Source of the DNA: a virus
IMG/VR virus record: IMGVR_UViG_3300019487_000019
Coordinates: 35,924 to 99,923 of that record
Strand: one strand, 5' to 3'
Length of the DNA stretch: 64,000 nucleotides
Shown: in pieces, positions 37,701-47,417 of the stretch
Layout of the letters: each line of letters begins with the position of its first letter
How positions within the stretch are numbered: the first letter of the stretch is position 1
Notes under the pieces: model-generated
Databases searched by the model: none
What the model was told of the DNA's origin: nothing
The model's input: the letters and a program-made list of their open reading frames with translations, nothing else
Made by a program: the position numbers and the translations under genes

Positions 37701-38024
37701 ACTTACACGACCTGTGTTTGGAGCGACTCTCGAAGTAATTGGATCGTAGTCTGTACTTCCAAAGCTGATTGCACCAGTTGTTGTGCTGATATCGACGAAC
37801 AAATATTTGTCAATACCAGGCAGAAATGGGCCCCAAGCATCAGGACGAGCCTGACGAAATGCATTCAAATAGTTGTGGTCGCCATCCGCAAAATGGAAGG
37901 TTGGCGGAAAATTAGGGTTCGGTACGTTTACGTTGACGAAAAAGCCCGGAAGACCGGACGAACCAACGTTGAACGTTGCAGATACTGCGTTGCTTACGAT
38001 ACCCTGACGGAAGGTAACTCTCAT
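34800..38024 (-). CDS. Large tail fibre/appendage protein (1074 aa)
   Basis: N-terminus paralogous to 38092-42015. GDTMTG/NKTYVD shaft modules, GGTGA...ARTNLGV repeats, C-terminal beta-sandwich-like domain. Confidence 0.8.
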   Translation of the reverse strand: MRVTFRQGIVSNAVSATFNVGSSGLPGFFVNVNVPNPNFPPTFHFADGDHNYLNAFRQARPDAWGPFLPGIDKYLFVDISTTTGAISFGSTDYDPITSRVAPNTGRVSAVIVSTTPASKRFDVSGNYTTYLAPGVAITVEGTNGGNDGSYTIASLVFNIGLNRTEITSVEAVTGNASTTGILRGQTTLQTGQHWFDTLNTQMKVWDATSVQWIRKVRVFAGKLNQGALPLMSMSINAGLSNSNINYYLDTQVGLSQSNNAGFLLSTADGNALQRADGTFITTADMLVAEGVQETAPVTFITNELTGTAGVGFAAYRMVTFTAPGVLGMMTNFDVNTKVYGLAVEAGVVGNPVTVVTSGIVVVPKTQVIGSGAASVNNPLYVDGTGTLTRTRPSNAPDPVAAVVDITTTELMIYIVACDIIEPTDIFDQTYVNVTGDTMTGSLFMSGAGVQVNLANAPTAGTHAANKTYVDGVLATHAADFTLHVTPNQDGMLDTLEAAGNGIVVKSAAATTVTRSLVQPAAGLTIANATGVAGNPTFALANDLAALEGLATVGLAVHSGVDTWVERQLATASIARITVANGDGVLGNPTVDLAVLADSGTGTFLKFTRDMWGRVSGTTAVLAADVTALISATYVDTAGDTMTGALLLAAGTAAAPSLAFSGGVGHTDKGLYNSGANEVSVAIAGAQKVLIDASGVTTFSGFTQGAPYSGLALRRADDVTTGINLTASDVVVVQAAGSTMLTVDDSAGTVSSNSAFDAPTVLTTAPAGFATALPFAPVPVFVNLADPTTGVGFSGPGLVEVTSGGAPAATFGPGGLTLAIDLAITNGGTGASTASAARTNFGVGTGDSPEFLEVNVGHATDTTVSRFAAGDIAVEGNVVYRAGGTDVAVVDGGTGASSATTARTNLGVGTGDSPEFLAVNIGHATDTTVSRFAAGDIAVEGNVVYRAGGTDVAVADGGTGASTASAARTNLGVAYNVDVQAWLTPVASIVFAASPYAVAATDEVILANATAGAIVVDLPSPVSGRRVIVKKTDASANTVTVDANADTIDGATTFVLNNQYDTVTVVADGSDWWIV
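35109..35549 (-). repeat. In-frame 195-bp (65-aa) tandem repeat, 2 full copies plus a partial third
   Basis: GGTGAS...ARTNxGVGTGDSPEFL...GHATDTTVSRFAAGDIAVEGNVVYRAGGTDVAV units start at 35549, 35354 and 35159. Confidence 0.9.
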
Positions 38025-38029
38025 TGGGA

Positions 38030-38088
38030 TTCTCCTGTAAAACAGTGTTATCCCTATTTATCGTTCAGGGACGAAAACCTGAGGAGAA
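38030..38088 (-). promoter_or_regulatory. Late promoter core ATAAATA (38055-38061) with upstream anti-SD hairpin
   Basis: Minus strand TTCTCCT (38082-38088) ... TCCCT-GAACG-ATAAAT-AGGGA ... AGGAGAA (38030-38036, the SD) - TCCCA - ATG. Confidence 0.65.
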
Positions 38089-38091
38089 AGT

Positions 38092-41000
38092 TTAGGTAAG
38101 TGGTGGGTTGTATTTGTGGGTGCCGCCGTTCACATTGGAAACAGCAGACAATTCAACACCAACCCACTGTGCTAGTGTTGGATTCCATATCCACAGCATA
38201 CCCTGACCGTTGAAGCCACCAGTTGGTTGGAATTCAAAAGCGGCATAACCAACGCCAGTAAACGTCGGTGTTGCAGTTGGTATTCCGCTGACGACTGGCA
38301 TGTGTGGAAAGCCCGTAACACTCGTTGGAAGACGTGTGCCGACACCAAGAAGAACACCACCGTCAGGATCTGCAAGAGTCTGCACAACGGCACCACCATC
38401 TCCACCAACGATTCCCACTACGCCACCAGAACCAGACGAGGCAGAAATGCCGACACCGCCAATTCCGCCAGAAATTTCCACTTGATTATTAGCTTCGAGA
38501 AGTATTGAACCGCCCGTTGAACCGCCGGAGCTTGTACTCAACTCAATATTACCGCCGAAGACTCCACCGAAGCCCGTATTGACAAAAAAGCCACCACCGT
38601 TAGAGGCTGCACCTGAACCCAAGTTGAAAAGAACATCACCACCATTAAATCCGCCGCCGCCTGTGACAAACGTGATACCGCCACCATTTTCGGTCGCGTT
38701 GGAGGCCGACCCCGAAAAGATTTGGACTTGACCGGCGCTTCCGGAAGAGATACCACCGTCGCCTGCATCAAGTGTAATGTATCCGCCGTTGCCATTCGCA
38801 TTACCATTCCCCGCAAACACTTCGAATGATCCACCAGTGTTGCCGCCATCACCATAACCCAACGCAACCGAAAAATTACCACCCGTTCCAACGGGTCCTG
38901 AACCTCCAAAGCCACCGTTGTCAAAGCTAAAATCAGGAAGTGAAGAGAATATATCTTCACCAAAATGGAATACCAAAGAACTAGCACCAGTCGTTGCACT
39001 TGTAATACGGATTGACGTGCTTGGTCCTGTCGGATAAAAATCAACAGTCGCAACAGCGCTTCCATATGATGTCGCGATTGCTAAATTTAGATCAAAGAAT
39101 AAGTCGGCAAACGTTGGTCCTGAAAACACCGGACCAACAGTAACAAAATTTGGTCCAACACCGTCAACAAAAAGACTGATAAAATGAAAACCAACAAGAC
39201 CATGTAGATCAGTATAGTTGCGTGCCACAGTAAGAATGAATTCATTATAACCAGCAGTTGCCGTAATAAATCCGGTGCTGCCAGTCGTAATGTTAATGTT
39301 ACCTGAAGGCAATCCGGCAATACCATCACCCGTTGTTAATGTATACCCACCACCAACACCAAAAGCGTTGCTTCCACCTATGTCATCAAATGTATCAAAA
39401 TCCGTCACATTCTCAAAGACGCCAAACGGTGTGTGTGTGCTTTCGTCAAATGTCAGTGTCGATGAGCTTCCAAACGTTGGACTGTATGCTCGTGCAATCG
39501 TGTCGCTAAAAAAGAAAATGAATGAACCAACAGTTCCTAGGTTGTTAGGCGTTGCAAGAAAATTCAATTGATTAAACAAATCCGTAAACGTCTGTGCGTC
39601 TTGTCCTGCGAACGATATTGTTATTGGTGCAGCTCCATCGACAGAAACATCAATTGAGTATACGGTTAGGTCGTTTGCAAGTCCTGTTGGATCTGTACCA
39701 ACCTTGGCTACTGTAAATTCAACCGAGCCAAAGCCTTGTGTCGACGGAGCGAAGCTTCCCAAGGTAACCTCAAAACTACCACCATTAGTCCCACTGCCCG
39801 TTTCGATAATAAAGTCACCAGCATCGCCAGATGGTGTGCTACCTGTGCTCATAGAGATCGAACCACCAGTACGCGAGCTGCCAGCGGGGGCCGCATTTCC
39901 GGCTTCGATTGATACATTACCACCATTTTCACCACTACCATCGTCTAGTGAACTTGCAGCTACAATAAAGATATCACCAGGAGTGTCAACCTCGCCTGGA
40001 TTGACGTTAAACGCACCTGATATCACATCGTACGTAAAGGTCGGTGAACTATCGACCGTTGTTCCACCACCCGCTCCATAAACTACTTGTGTGTCTGGTT
40101 CTGCACCGCCACCTGGCGATGGTGCCCACGTTGGTGGTGTGCCTGGGCCACCCGACATAATCACTTGACCAAGAGGACCAACAGCTCCTCCAACTTGCCA
40201 TGCTCCTGTGCTTTCAATTTCCAAACGCTCGACGCCGCTTGTTGACATGCGAATACTTGCACCAACTTGGAGTAAATCTCCATTGCCTCCTGTCAGGGAA
40301 ACAATACCATTTACACCCGTTCCTGTTTTTGTTCCAGCGCTGATATTGACATCCCCACCATCATTATTGCCGCTCAATGCATCAGCTGCATTAATATTGA
40401 CGTCACCAACAGTATTGTTTGCCGCCGGCGAAAGGCTAAATGCGCCGTTGACCACATTGTATGTCAACGTTGGTGAGCTATCCATGCTGATGCCTGTTCC
40501 ATACACGATTTGTGTGTTCGGTTCTGCTGGCCCTGCAACAGTACTATTAACCCAGTCTGTTCCATTGTATGACAAAACTTGGGCAGATGTTGGGCCAACG
40601 ATTGCTACGTCATCAAGATCAGTCAACGAAACACTATCGACATACGTTTTGTTTACACCATCAGTACCCGCTACAGGTGCATTTGGAATTGTAATCTTTG
40701 AGGTGCCGCCAGACAAAATAACATTTGCTCCAGAAACGGTCAAGTTTCCAGTCATTGTACCACCAGCTTTTGCTAGCTTTTGATCTTGGATCTGCTGCAG
40801 TTGGAGATCGAGGGTTGCGCCGGTCAATGTTTGATATGGTGCTGTCGTAATTGCTGACGCAGGATGTCCGTGCGCGTTCGGCGTGCGAGAATTGCTCATT
40901 CGAGGATCATTGTCGCCCACAGCAATTGGATTGCTTGGAACAGCAGGTGCTACTGATAGTTTTGTTGTTCCGAATTGAGTTGTTGACGCTAGAGGAATCG

Positions 41001-42015
41001 TTGGCAGTGCTGTCGATGGTGGAATGCCAAGTCCCTGATCGAAGAAGATTGTATCAGCTGCCATTACACGTGCAACAGGTTGCTTTGCTACTGGATATGT
41101 GACGGGATCGCTTACGTGTGGATCAGTCTCTGTCAGTTCACCATTTTCGAGAACCCACAACGATGCGCCTGGTGTTGTCCAGGCCCAACTTGAATTTGTG
41201 ATTGTTCCTTGAGAAGCCATTGTAAGAGTTTCACCTACAAGCGCGCTCTCCATTGCCATCGCGATGAACGTTGTGCCGAGATCATTGTAGCCAGCATAGT
41301 CAACAGTTCCAAACGTAGCAATCTTGACAACATGGAATGCTGCAATTCCTTCATCAGCAAGTGCTGTCAATACGTTTGCTTCAAACTTCAGCGTATTAAC
41401 GGGTGATCCGTTGATGTAGAATTGACTTTCTGTTGTAAAGAACGTTCCATTTGAACGACGAATTGGAAGGCCGTTCTCATCATAGATAACACGCCCAACA
41501 AGCGTCGCTCCCGAAAGTCCTGCTTGTGTCCCAGCGAATGGTTGTCCAGCAACACCAGCACCTAGTGCTGTGAATGTACCATTATTAACCTTCGCTGCAA
41601 ATACTCGAATGCGTTCACTCCACGCCGCGCCCGTCCAGACATACATTGTCCGTACGCTTGGGTTTGTATTGAACCAATGTTGATCTAATGCTGGAGAACT
41701 TGGTGGAAGCGAGCCATAAACAGGCGCCAACAAAGTAAAGCCAAACGTACGAACAGCCGTCGTTGTATTCAAGTCCCAGAACAGCCACACATCAACGCCA
41801 CTTGGTACTCCGGTCGGAGTACCCCAAGCAATCGGAACAGTTGCCACTTCTGTCAACAGATAATTCGAGTCCTTATGCGCGAAGGCCACTTCACAAATAT
41901 CAGACGAAGTGCTAAGTGCAACCGTGGTCGAAGTACTTGGTACCCGAGTTAGGAATGTCTGTAAACCACTTAGTTGGCCGTAACGGATAATACCCTGGGA
42001 GAAATTAATCTGCAT
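38092..42015 (-). CDS. Large tail fibre/appendage protein (1307 aa)
   Basis: Shared N-terminal domain (F.QGI...GQ/DQHWF...W..R(I/V)RVFA.K). GGTMTG/NKTYVD modules. Long Gly/Ser/Thr-rich GGxIxLxxG repeats. Confidence 0.8.
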   Translation of the reverse strand: MQINFSQGIIRYGQLSGLQTFLTRVPSTSTTVALSTSSDICEVAFAHKDSNYLLTEVATVPIAWGTPTGVPSGVDVWLFWDLNTTTAVRTFGFTLLAPVYGSLPPSSPALDQHWFNTNPSVRTMYVWTGAAWSERIRVFAAKVNNGTFTALGAGVAGQPFAGTQAGLSGATLVGRVIYDENGLPIRRSNGTFFTTESQFYINGSPVNTLKFEANVLTALADEGIAAFHVVKIATFGTVDYAGYNDLGTTFIAMAMESALVGETLTMASQGTITNSSWAWTTPGASLWVLENGELTETDPHVSDPVTYPVAKQPVARVMAADTIFFDQGLGIPPSTALPTIPLASTTQFGTTKLSVAPAVPSNPIAVGDNDPRMSNSRTPNAHGHPASAITTAPYQTLTGATLDLQLQQIQDQKLAKAGGTMTGNLTVSGANVILSGGTSKITIPNAPVAGTDGVNKTYVDSVSLTDLDDVAIVGPTSAQVLSYNGTDWVNSTVAGPAEPNTQIVYGTGISMDSSPTLTYNVVNGAFSLSPAANNTVGDVNINAADALSGNNDGGDVNISAGTKTGTGVNGIVSLTGGNGDLLQVGASIRMSTSGVERLEIESTGAWQVGGAVGPLGQVIMSGGPGTPPTWAPSPGGGAEPDTQVVYGAGGGTTVDSSPTFTYDVISGAFNVNPGEVDTPGDIFIVAASSLDDGSGENGGNVSIEAGNAAPAGSSRTGGSISMSTGSTPSGDAGDFIIETGSGTNGGSFEVTLGSFAPSTQGFGSVEFTVAKVGTDPTGLANDLTVYSIDVSVDGAAPITISFAGQDAQTFTDLFNQLNFLATPNNLGTVGSFIFFFSDTIARAYSPTFGSSSTLTFDESTHTPFGVFENVTDFDTFDDIGGSNAFGVGGGYTLTTGDGIAGLPSGNINITTGSTGFITATAGYNEFILTVARNYTDLHGLVGFHFISLFVDGVGPNFVTVGPVFSGPTFADLFFDLNLAIATSYGSAVATVDFYPTGPSTSIRITSATTGASSLVFHFGEDIFSSLPDFSFDNGGFGGSGPVGTGGNFSVALGYGDGGNTGGSFEVFAGNGNANGNGGYITLDAGDGGISSGSAGQVQIFSGSASNATENGGGITFVTGGGGFNGGDVLFNLGSGAASNGGGFFVNTGFGGVFGGNIELSTSSGGSTGGSILLEANNQVEISGGIGGVGISASSGSGGVVGIVGGDGGAVVQTLADPDGGVLLGVGTRLPTSVTGFPHMPVVSGIPTATPTFTGVGYAAFEFQPTGGFNGQGMLWIWNPTLAQWVGVELSAVSNVNGGTHKYNPPLT

Positions 42016-42024
42016 TGCCTATCC

Positions 42025-42378
42025 TTATAAATTCGTCGATCCAGCAAATCGTGCATCTTTTGCTTTAATCGTATTCAGTGCCCAGTCTCGAATACCAACA
42101 AGAGGAACAACAAAATTCGCGTCAGCTAGCGCAGTAGCCCAATTAGGAAATACTCCATCCCACGTTTCTCCTGAACCGACCTTACTGCGATACATGAGGT
42201 CCGCAACTGGAGCTTTTCCTGCTGCTTCAGCGGCAGCGCTGGCATACACCTTGACGTGAAAAGAGTAGATTTGTGTTGACACCTCGATTGTAAATCCATA
42301 CACCACCGCATAGAGGTTTGTAAAATTATCAACATCAAGTGGGTCTGGCCATGTAGGGACTTGTAGTGCGTTTGGCAT
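42025..42378 (-). CDS. Hypothetical protein, possible fibre assembly/accessory factor (117 aa)
   Basis: GGAGG RBS. Directly upstream of the 1307-aa fibre gene and downstream of a late promoter core. Confidence 0.65.
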   Translation of the reverse strand: MPNALQVPTWPDPLDVDNFTNLYAVVYGFTIEVSTQIYSFHVKVYASAAAEAAGKAPVADLMYRSKVGSGETWDGVFPNWATALADANFVVPLVGIRDWALNTIKAKDARFAGSTNL

Positions 42379-42389
42379 AGTTATCCTCC

Positions 42390-42414
42390 AAATAAGCCGC
42401 TTTTGCTTATTTAT
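42390..42414 (-). promoter_or_regulatory. Late promoter core ATAAATA (42408-42414) in the 5' arm of an 8-bp hairpin abutting the RBS
   Basis: AAATAAGC-AAAAGCG-GCTTATTT-GGAGG on the minus strand. Confidence 0.55.
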
Positions 42415-42443
42415 CGGTTATGCCGTTGTTTTTGGCGTGTTCT

Positions 42444-45320
42444 TTACTTGCGAATGTCGTACAGATAGATGTCCCTGACGCCTTGGCCATCAAATGGCTC
42501 AACGCCATGAAAGGAGTTGTCCGTTTTTGCAAATATGAACGCTGCGTTTGGCATGTATTTCATCGTAACAACCTTGCGAAACCCGTCAAACCCGAAGTGT
42601 TTACCCTCGGGATTTACGAAACCTTCTTCTTTCGGAACAAAAATTGAGGTTCCATATCTTCGCCGGACGTCATTTTTTGGCAGATAAATCAGTGCGCTAA
42701 TCACTTTTGCTGGTGTATCTGTATGTGGGCCGATCTTATAACCAGGATGATCACGAATCAACAAAACCTCGTCTTTCGGACCGAAAACACCAAACTTTTT
42801 GCACAACGCTTCACGAATTCTACCACCCCGCATTGTTTTCTCGAGGTCCTTCCAAATTTTCGCCTGTGAAGCACAAACAAAACGCTGTGGATAACCATCT
42901 GTGCCACGTGCAACTCGCAAAGACATATACTCCGTATCATCCGGAAGTGCATTCAGTAGTTGTTGATACAGCTCGTCAGGAAAGAAGTTCTTGATGTAAA
43001 GATATCCATACGGGTCTGTGTGTAGTGTTGTTTGTTCGATTTGATGCAAGATGTGTTTTTCGACAGGACTTGCCGCAATGATTAATTTGAACTCACTTTC
43101 TGGTTCAGCTCGCGTAAAAACGATCTCGCCACAACCCTCAAAAGAACCATTCTTTCTCCTCGACTGCTCCGCCTGTTTCACGTCGTACTTCCAACCTAGT
43201 TCTTCGAGTTGTGTCAGCATTGCAACGTGCTGTGGTAGGTTCATATTAACTTCGATCAGCAAACTTTTCAGTTCTGGTTTTTTGAGTGTTTCGAGCATCC
43301 CTGCTATAACTTTGTGTTCGAATCCATCAACGTCAATCTTGACATGGTTCGGTGTTGGAAAGTTGTGTTCCGCAATCATCAAATCAATCGGAACGCCCTG
43401 ACACGGCTGTGATAATGCTTCACGCGGCTTCAACATAAAGTCTACTGCCTCTCCAAACGAATGGCACGAGCCGCCTAGGTCGTCATTCGAGAGATACAGC
43501 TGATCTTGCAACACCCGGTCTGTAGCGGCAACCCTTAGGGCAGCAACCGCCTCACAATTATTAAGATTGATATTGTACGTTAGCAGTTCGAAGTTTTTGT
43601 GTTCGGGTTCGAACGCCATAATCCGAACTCCACGATGCTTGCTTGCCCAAACCGTATAGCCGCCAACATTTGCTCCAACATCGAAGAAGACTTCTCCAGG
43701 CTGAAAGGTATTAATCCAATCAATTGTGATAGGTTCTTTTGTGAATAGCGTTTTTGCCCGCCAAAGCGTTGTTTCATTTGGCGTCATAAATTGAATAGTT
43801 GTTCCCTTGTGCTCAACTGTAGTGACGCGCTGAAGCGTGTTTGCAAATATTCCTGTTCCGCCTTCAATTTGAACTTGCGAGTCAGGAAGACCCGGACTTT
43901 TTGCGATTACAGAACGCATTGTAGGCAAGATTTTGTCAGGCAGTGGCTCGCAACACAAATGCACTTCAAGGGGAGTTGAATTTGAAACGTCTTGCTCAAC
44001 TTTGAACGCTTCCGATAGCGTAGCAATCCACCATTCTGCGGGCTGTTGAATCAAGTGTGCATTGCGGCCGTCAGCCAGTTTCTTTTGAGCTGGGCCAGTA
44101 TGGACAACTACATACAACAGTTTCTTTGAGACACGACGCAGATCACCAATAACAGCTCTCAACAATTCGGGTTCGATGTGTTCAAGTACATCAGAGCAAA
44201 CAACTAAATCAGCAGGGCGGGGCGCAGTGTCTTTCCCAGCAATTGCTGGATCATATTCCCAAATTGGAAATGGAAGGTTTTTTGCGAGTAGGCCTTTACC
44301 ACAACCATAATCCAACACAGTGTCGAACTTGAGAGCAGTACGTAATTTGATAACTGCTTCGACTCGCTTCGCACCCGAGGCTCCATAATCAGGACGATCG
44401 CTGTGAAGTTTTTTGTTTAGCTCAAGATACTCGTCGCTTATTGTTGTTTTTGATGACATAGCAATGATCGCTTCCATGTTGGCCGGTAGTGTTGGTAAGG
44501 CGGTGGGATTTTTGGCTTTCTCGAGAGCCATATGTTGTAACATTCCTCGTCCATGCAGGATAACTTTACAGTCCGGTAATTTTGCAACCTCATCAAAAAA
44601 TTGACGAGAATATTGAAGAAACACTGCGGAGGTAATGTAATCTGTCTCACCGACTGTTACTTTGGTACGAAACTTTGTTGAATTGGGATGGAAGGACGCA
44701 TGTGTGTTGCCCCCAGCGCTTTCAAACGAACAGTCCATTCCAAACACATGCAATTGCCGATGTCCAAAAAATCGAGCAAGTACCATTGCTCTCAATCCTA
44801 CATTCGATCCACCTGTTAAGACCCAGTGATTGTGGGGGTAGATGAATGGCATGTTATCCATCTCTTCATTGCCATATAAATGCCAGATCTTTACTTTGTG
44901 GTCGAGCACGGCATTAAAAACATCAGCATGGCAACATGATGAAATCAGGTACTCGGTGTCCTTATGGGGGTGCTGCAAAAATCCGGCTTTATGAGGTCGA
45001 GGGTCACACTCAAGGTGCCAGGTAGGAACGATTCCATTTTTCAATAAAACGTCATGCGACCCTGACATCGACATAATCTTGGGGAATTTTCGAAGTTCGT
45101 CAAGAGTACTATTAAGACTTGGACCGAAGCACGCAATTGCCACTGGTTCGTCAGTAATTTCTCCAGGTGAAATTGTTGGAAGACCACGAGCGATCGCTGC
45201 ATAAATCTGCTGCATACGAAGTTCAGCCGAAATACAATATTGGGTTTCGACTTTGATTTCGTCAACAGGAGTTGCCGTGTTGTCTATAACACGGATTTTC
45301 TTTTTCTTCGGTTCGGCCAT
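42444..45320 (-). CDS. Four-domain modification enzyme: Maf/DUF115(MptE)-like + class I methyltransferase + FkbM methyltransferase + 2OG-Fe(II) oxygenase
   Basis: ACFGPSL...GGSNVGLRAMVLA..FG...FGMDCSF. VLDYGCGKG...CSDVLEHI. FFDVGANVG...AFEPE...VKIDVDGFE. IGPHTD...ALIYLP...NSFHGV...R. Confidence 0.85.
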   Translation of the reverse strand: MAEPKKKKIRVIDNTATPVDEIKVETQYCISAELRMQQIYAAIARGLPTISPGEITDEPVAIACFGPSLNSTLDELRKFPKIMSMSGSHDVLLKNGIVPTWHLECDPRPHKAGFLQHPHKDTEYLISSCCHADVFNAVLDHKVKIWHLYGNEEMDNMPFIYPHNHWVLTGGSNVGLRAMVLARFFGHRQLHVFGMDCSFESAGGNTHASFHPNSTKFRTKVTVGETDYITSAVFLQYSRQFFDEVAKLPDCKVILHGRGMLQHMALEKAKNPTALPTLPANMEAIIAMSSKTTISDEYLELNKKLHSDRPDYGASGAKRVEAVIKLRTALKFDTVLDYGCGKGLLAKNLPFPIWEYDPAIAGKDTAPRPADLVVCSDVLEHIEPELLRAVIGDLRRVSKKLLYVVVHTGPAQKKLADGRNAHLIQQPAEWWIATLSEAFKVEQDVSNSTPLEVHLCCEPLPDKILPTMRSVIAKSPGLPDSQVQIEGGTGIFANTLQRVTTVEHKGTTIQFMTPNETTLWRAKTLFTKEPITIDWINTFQPGEVFFDVGANVGGYTVWASKHRGVRIMAFEPEHKNFELLTYNINLNNCEAVAALRVAATDRVLQDQLYLSNDDLGGSCHSFGEAVDFMLKPREALSQPCQGVPIDLMIAEHNFPTPNHVKIDVDGFEHKVIAGMLETLKKPELKSLLIEVNMNLPQHVAMLTQLEELGWKYDVKQAEQSRRKNGSFEGCGEIVFTRAEPESEFKLIIAASPVEKHILHQIEQTTLHTDPYGYLYIKNFFPDELYQQLLNALPDDTEYMSLRVARGTDGYPQRFVCASQAKIWKDLEKTMRGGRIREALCKKFGVFGPKDEVLLIRDHPGYKIGPHTDTPAKVISALIYLPKNDVRRRYGTSIFVPKEEGFVNPEGKHFGFDGFRKVVTMKYMPNAAFIFAKTDNSFHGVEPFDGQGVRDIYLYDIRK

Positions 45321-45326
45321 CGGTTT

Positions 45327-45355
45327 AGTATAATATGATTTTCAAACGAATGCAA
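45327..45355 (-). promoter_or_regulatory. Putative sigma70 promoter giving a leaderless transcript of the 958-aa enzyme
   Basis: TTGCAT - 17 bp - TATACT, then 6 nt and the ATG. No SD upstream of the ATG. Confidence 0.65.
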
Positions 45356-45359
45356 TAGT

Positions 45360-47417
45360 TTAAACGACACGTGTTACCTGTCCCCAAGAACCTGCTTTGA
45401 TAATGAGAATAGAAGTCGAAGATCCAGACACAGCATTACCAACGTTTAGCACCAAGTTTCCGCTCGATGCTGATGTAGCGATCTGACCCTCAATCTTGGT
45501 GACTCGCAACAAACCAACTGCGGAGGTCGTTGTGAAGCCTGTCATCTTCGTACCTTGTGTGTTTACTACAACGGAATACTGAGTTGCAGCAGTATTGCCA
45601 GTCTGGTCGTATGAGATGCCCATATTGACGAAGGCTGGTGCCGACAACGCCCACTGTGGGCATACGACGCTCGCGGCCGCGCTGTAATACATGTGGAATC
45701 GGAAATTGTATGTTGCATTGCTGAGCAACGAGAACGCCATACCGGAAACCGAAACGACCGCAGTAGCGGAAACCGTTTGATCACCACCGAGTGTAAATGC
45801 AGAGTTGAAGGCAACCTTACCTGCGGTAGCGGATACTATCGATGCTTTGTTCGACACTACTGATGCGTAATTTGAAACCACAGATGCGTAAGCTGAGACT
45901 ACAGATGCATAATTCGACACCACGTTAACAATAGAATTGAGGTTCGAAATGTTGGCCGCCGACACGATCGAAAATAGGTCGCTAACACGATTCTTGACTG
46001 AGGTTAACTCCGCAGAAGTGACAGCTTGAGCAGCAGATACAACCGACACGGCTTGGCTAACGATTGACACAGCATTGCTGATTGCATTATCAGCAGACGT
46101 CATTTGTGCGCTATTTGCAAGAATTGCACTGCTTAAGTTTGAAACCGATCCTTGTTGGACTGATAGGTTATTTGAGACTGCGTTAATGTTTGATTGCAGA
46201 TTAGACCTAACACTTACCAACTCAGCAGATACAATTGAAATCAAGTTACGAATTGAGGCGTGATCAACTGAGTTCTGGTTGCTCAATACGGATACAGCAT
46301 TTGACACAGCGTTAATTGCGCTGGTCAGTGTGGAAATATCAATGTCGGTATTAGCAAATGTGTGCCATGCTCCATTCGCGAAGTATTCAGGTGCAGATGT
46401 AGTTGTGTTATGACGAACGTAACCCTCGACACCAGTCGGTCTCTGTGCTGTTGTTCCAGCAGGAACGAGAACAGCATCAGTTCCGTTAATTTCAAGACTA
46501 ACAGCTGGATTTGTTTCAGCAACGTTTGTGCCTATGCGAACACCAGTATTACCAGCAAACAGCTTGAGGGTTGTAACACCGCCTGTACGACGAGCAATAC
46601 GAACGCCAGCATTAGGACTTTCGTTAAGTGTAACATCCCACCAGTCGTTTGCAGAGTTTGCGGCGTCGTCGTTGGTGCCATACACAAACTCTAGGCCAGG
46701 ATTGGAGCCAGTGCCTGTAAAGCGCCAGACGCGCATCACAGCATTCGAGTCAATCATTGTGAAGACGCGAGGGCCGAAGGCGGTTCCAGACCTAGCGCTG
46801 GTATAACTATCACCAAATGAAAATCCACCGATGAATTTTAGTGCTCCGTTAAAGACCACTGATGTTGTGCCGAAGGTTCCTCCTGTGCCATTAGCATTGA
46901 CAAATTTGAAGTTTTCGTACTGGGTACCTTCCGATATGTGGAGGATACGGCCGGCCACCTCATGGTTCCAGTCCGAGTCCATATCGAGAGCTCTTGTGGC
47001 TGATGTACCCGAGCCATTAAAGACGTAAATGCCGTTGTCAACCGCTGAAGTCTGTTGCCAAACTAGAATACGGTCGCCAGAAACTAGAGACACTCCGTCG
47101 ACCGAGGTTCCTGGTGCTGAGAGATTGACGCTCCCAGTGGCGGCTACCCTGGCCGCGTTGATCAAATTAGCGCCACTAATTAAATTCCTAATCGACGCGT
47201 GATCAACTGAGTTCTGGTTTGACAAGGCTGACACGGCATTGCTGACAGCGTTAATATTGGATGTCAAATCTGAACGAACACTTGCCAAATCCGCCGAAAC
47301 TACAGATACTGCCTGGCTAACTATCGAAATCAAGTTACGAATTGAGGCATGATCAGCTGAGTTCTGCTGGGATAGAACAGAAACAGCATTGCTGATTGCA
47401 TTGTCCGCACTTGTCAT
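45360..47417 (-). CDS. Distal part of Ser/Ala/Asn-rich coiled-coil fibre protein with globular inserts
   Basis: TSADNAISNAVS repeats. RVAAT..NLS...DGV.L..GDRILV..QT...DNGIY insert. TTAQRP module. The apparent start Met lies inside a repeat and lacks an RBS. Confidence 0.7.
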   Translation of the reverse strand: MTSADNAISNAVSVLSQQNSADHASIRNLISIVSQAVSVVSADLASVRSDLTSNINAVSNAVSALSNQNSVDHASIRNLISGANLINAARVAATGSVNLSAPGTSVDGVSLVSGDRILVWQQTSAVDNGIYVFNGSGTSATRALDMDSDWNHEVAGRILHISEGTQYENFKFVNANGTGGTFGTTSVVFNGALKFIGGFSFGDSYTSARSGTAFGPRVFTMIDSNAVMRVWRFTGTGSNPGLEFVYGTNDDAANSANDWWDVTLNESPNAGVRIARRTGGVTTLKLFAGNTGVRIGTNVAETNPAVSLEINGTDAVLVPAGTTAQRPTGVEGYVRHNTTTSAPEYFANGAWHTFANTDIDISTLTSAINAVSNAVSVLSNQNSVDHASIRNLISIVSAELVSVRSNLQSNINAVSNNLSVQQGSVSNLSSAILANSAQMTSADNAISNAVSIVSQAVSVVSAAQAVTSAELTSVKNRVSDLFSIVSAANISNLNSIVNVVSNYASVVSAYASVVSNYASVVSNKASIVSATAGKVAFNSAFTLGGDQTVSATAVVSVSGMAFSLLSNATYNFRFHMYYSAAASVVCPQWALSAPAFVNMGISYDQTGNTAATQYSVVVNTQGTKMTGFTTTSAVGLLRVTKIEGQIATSASSGNLVLNVGNAVSGSSTSILIIKAGSWGQVTRVV

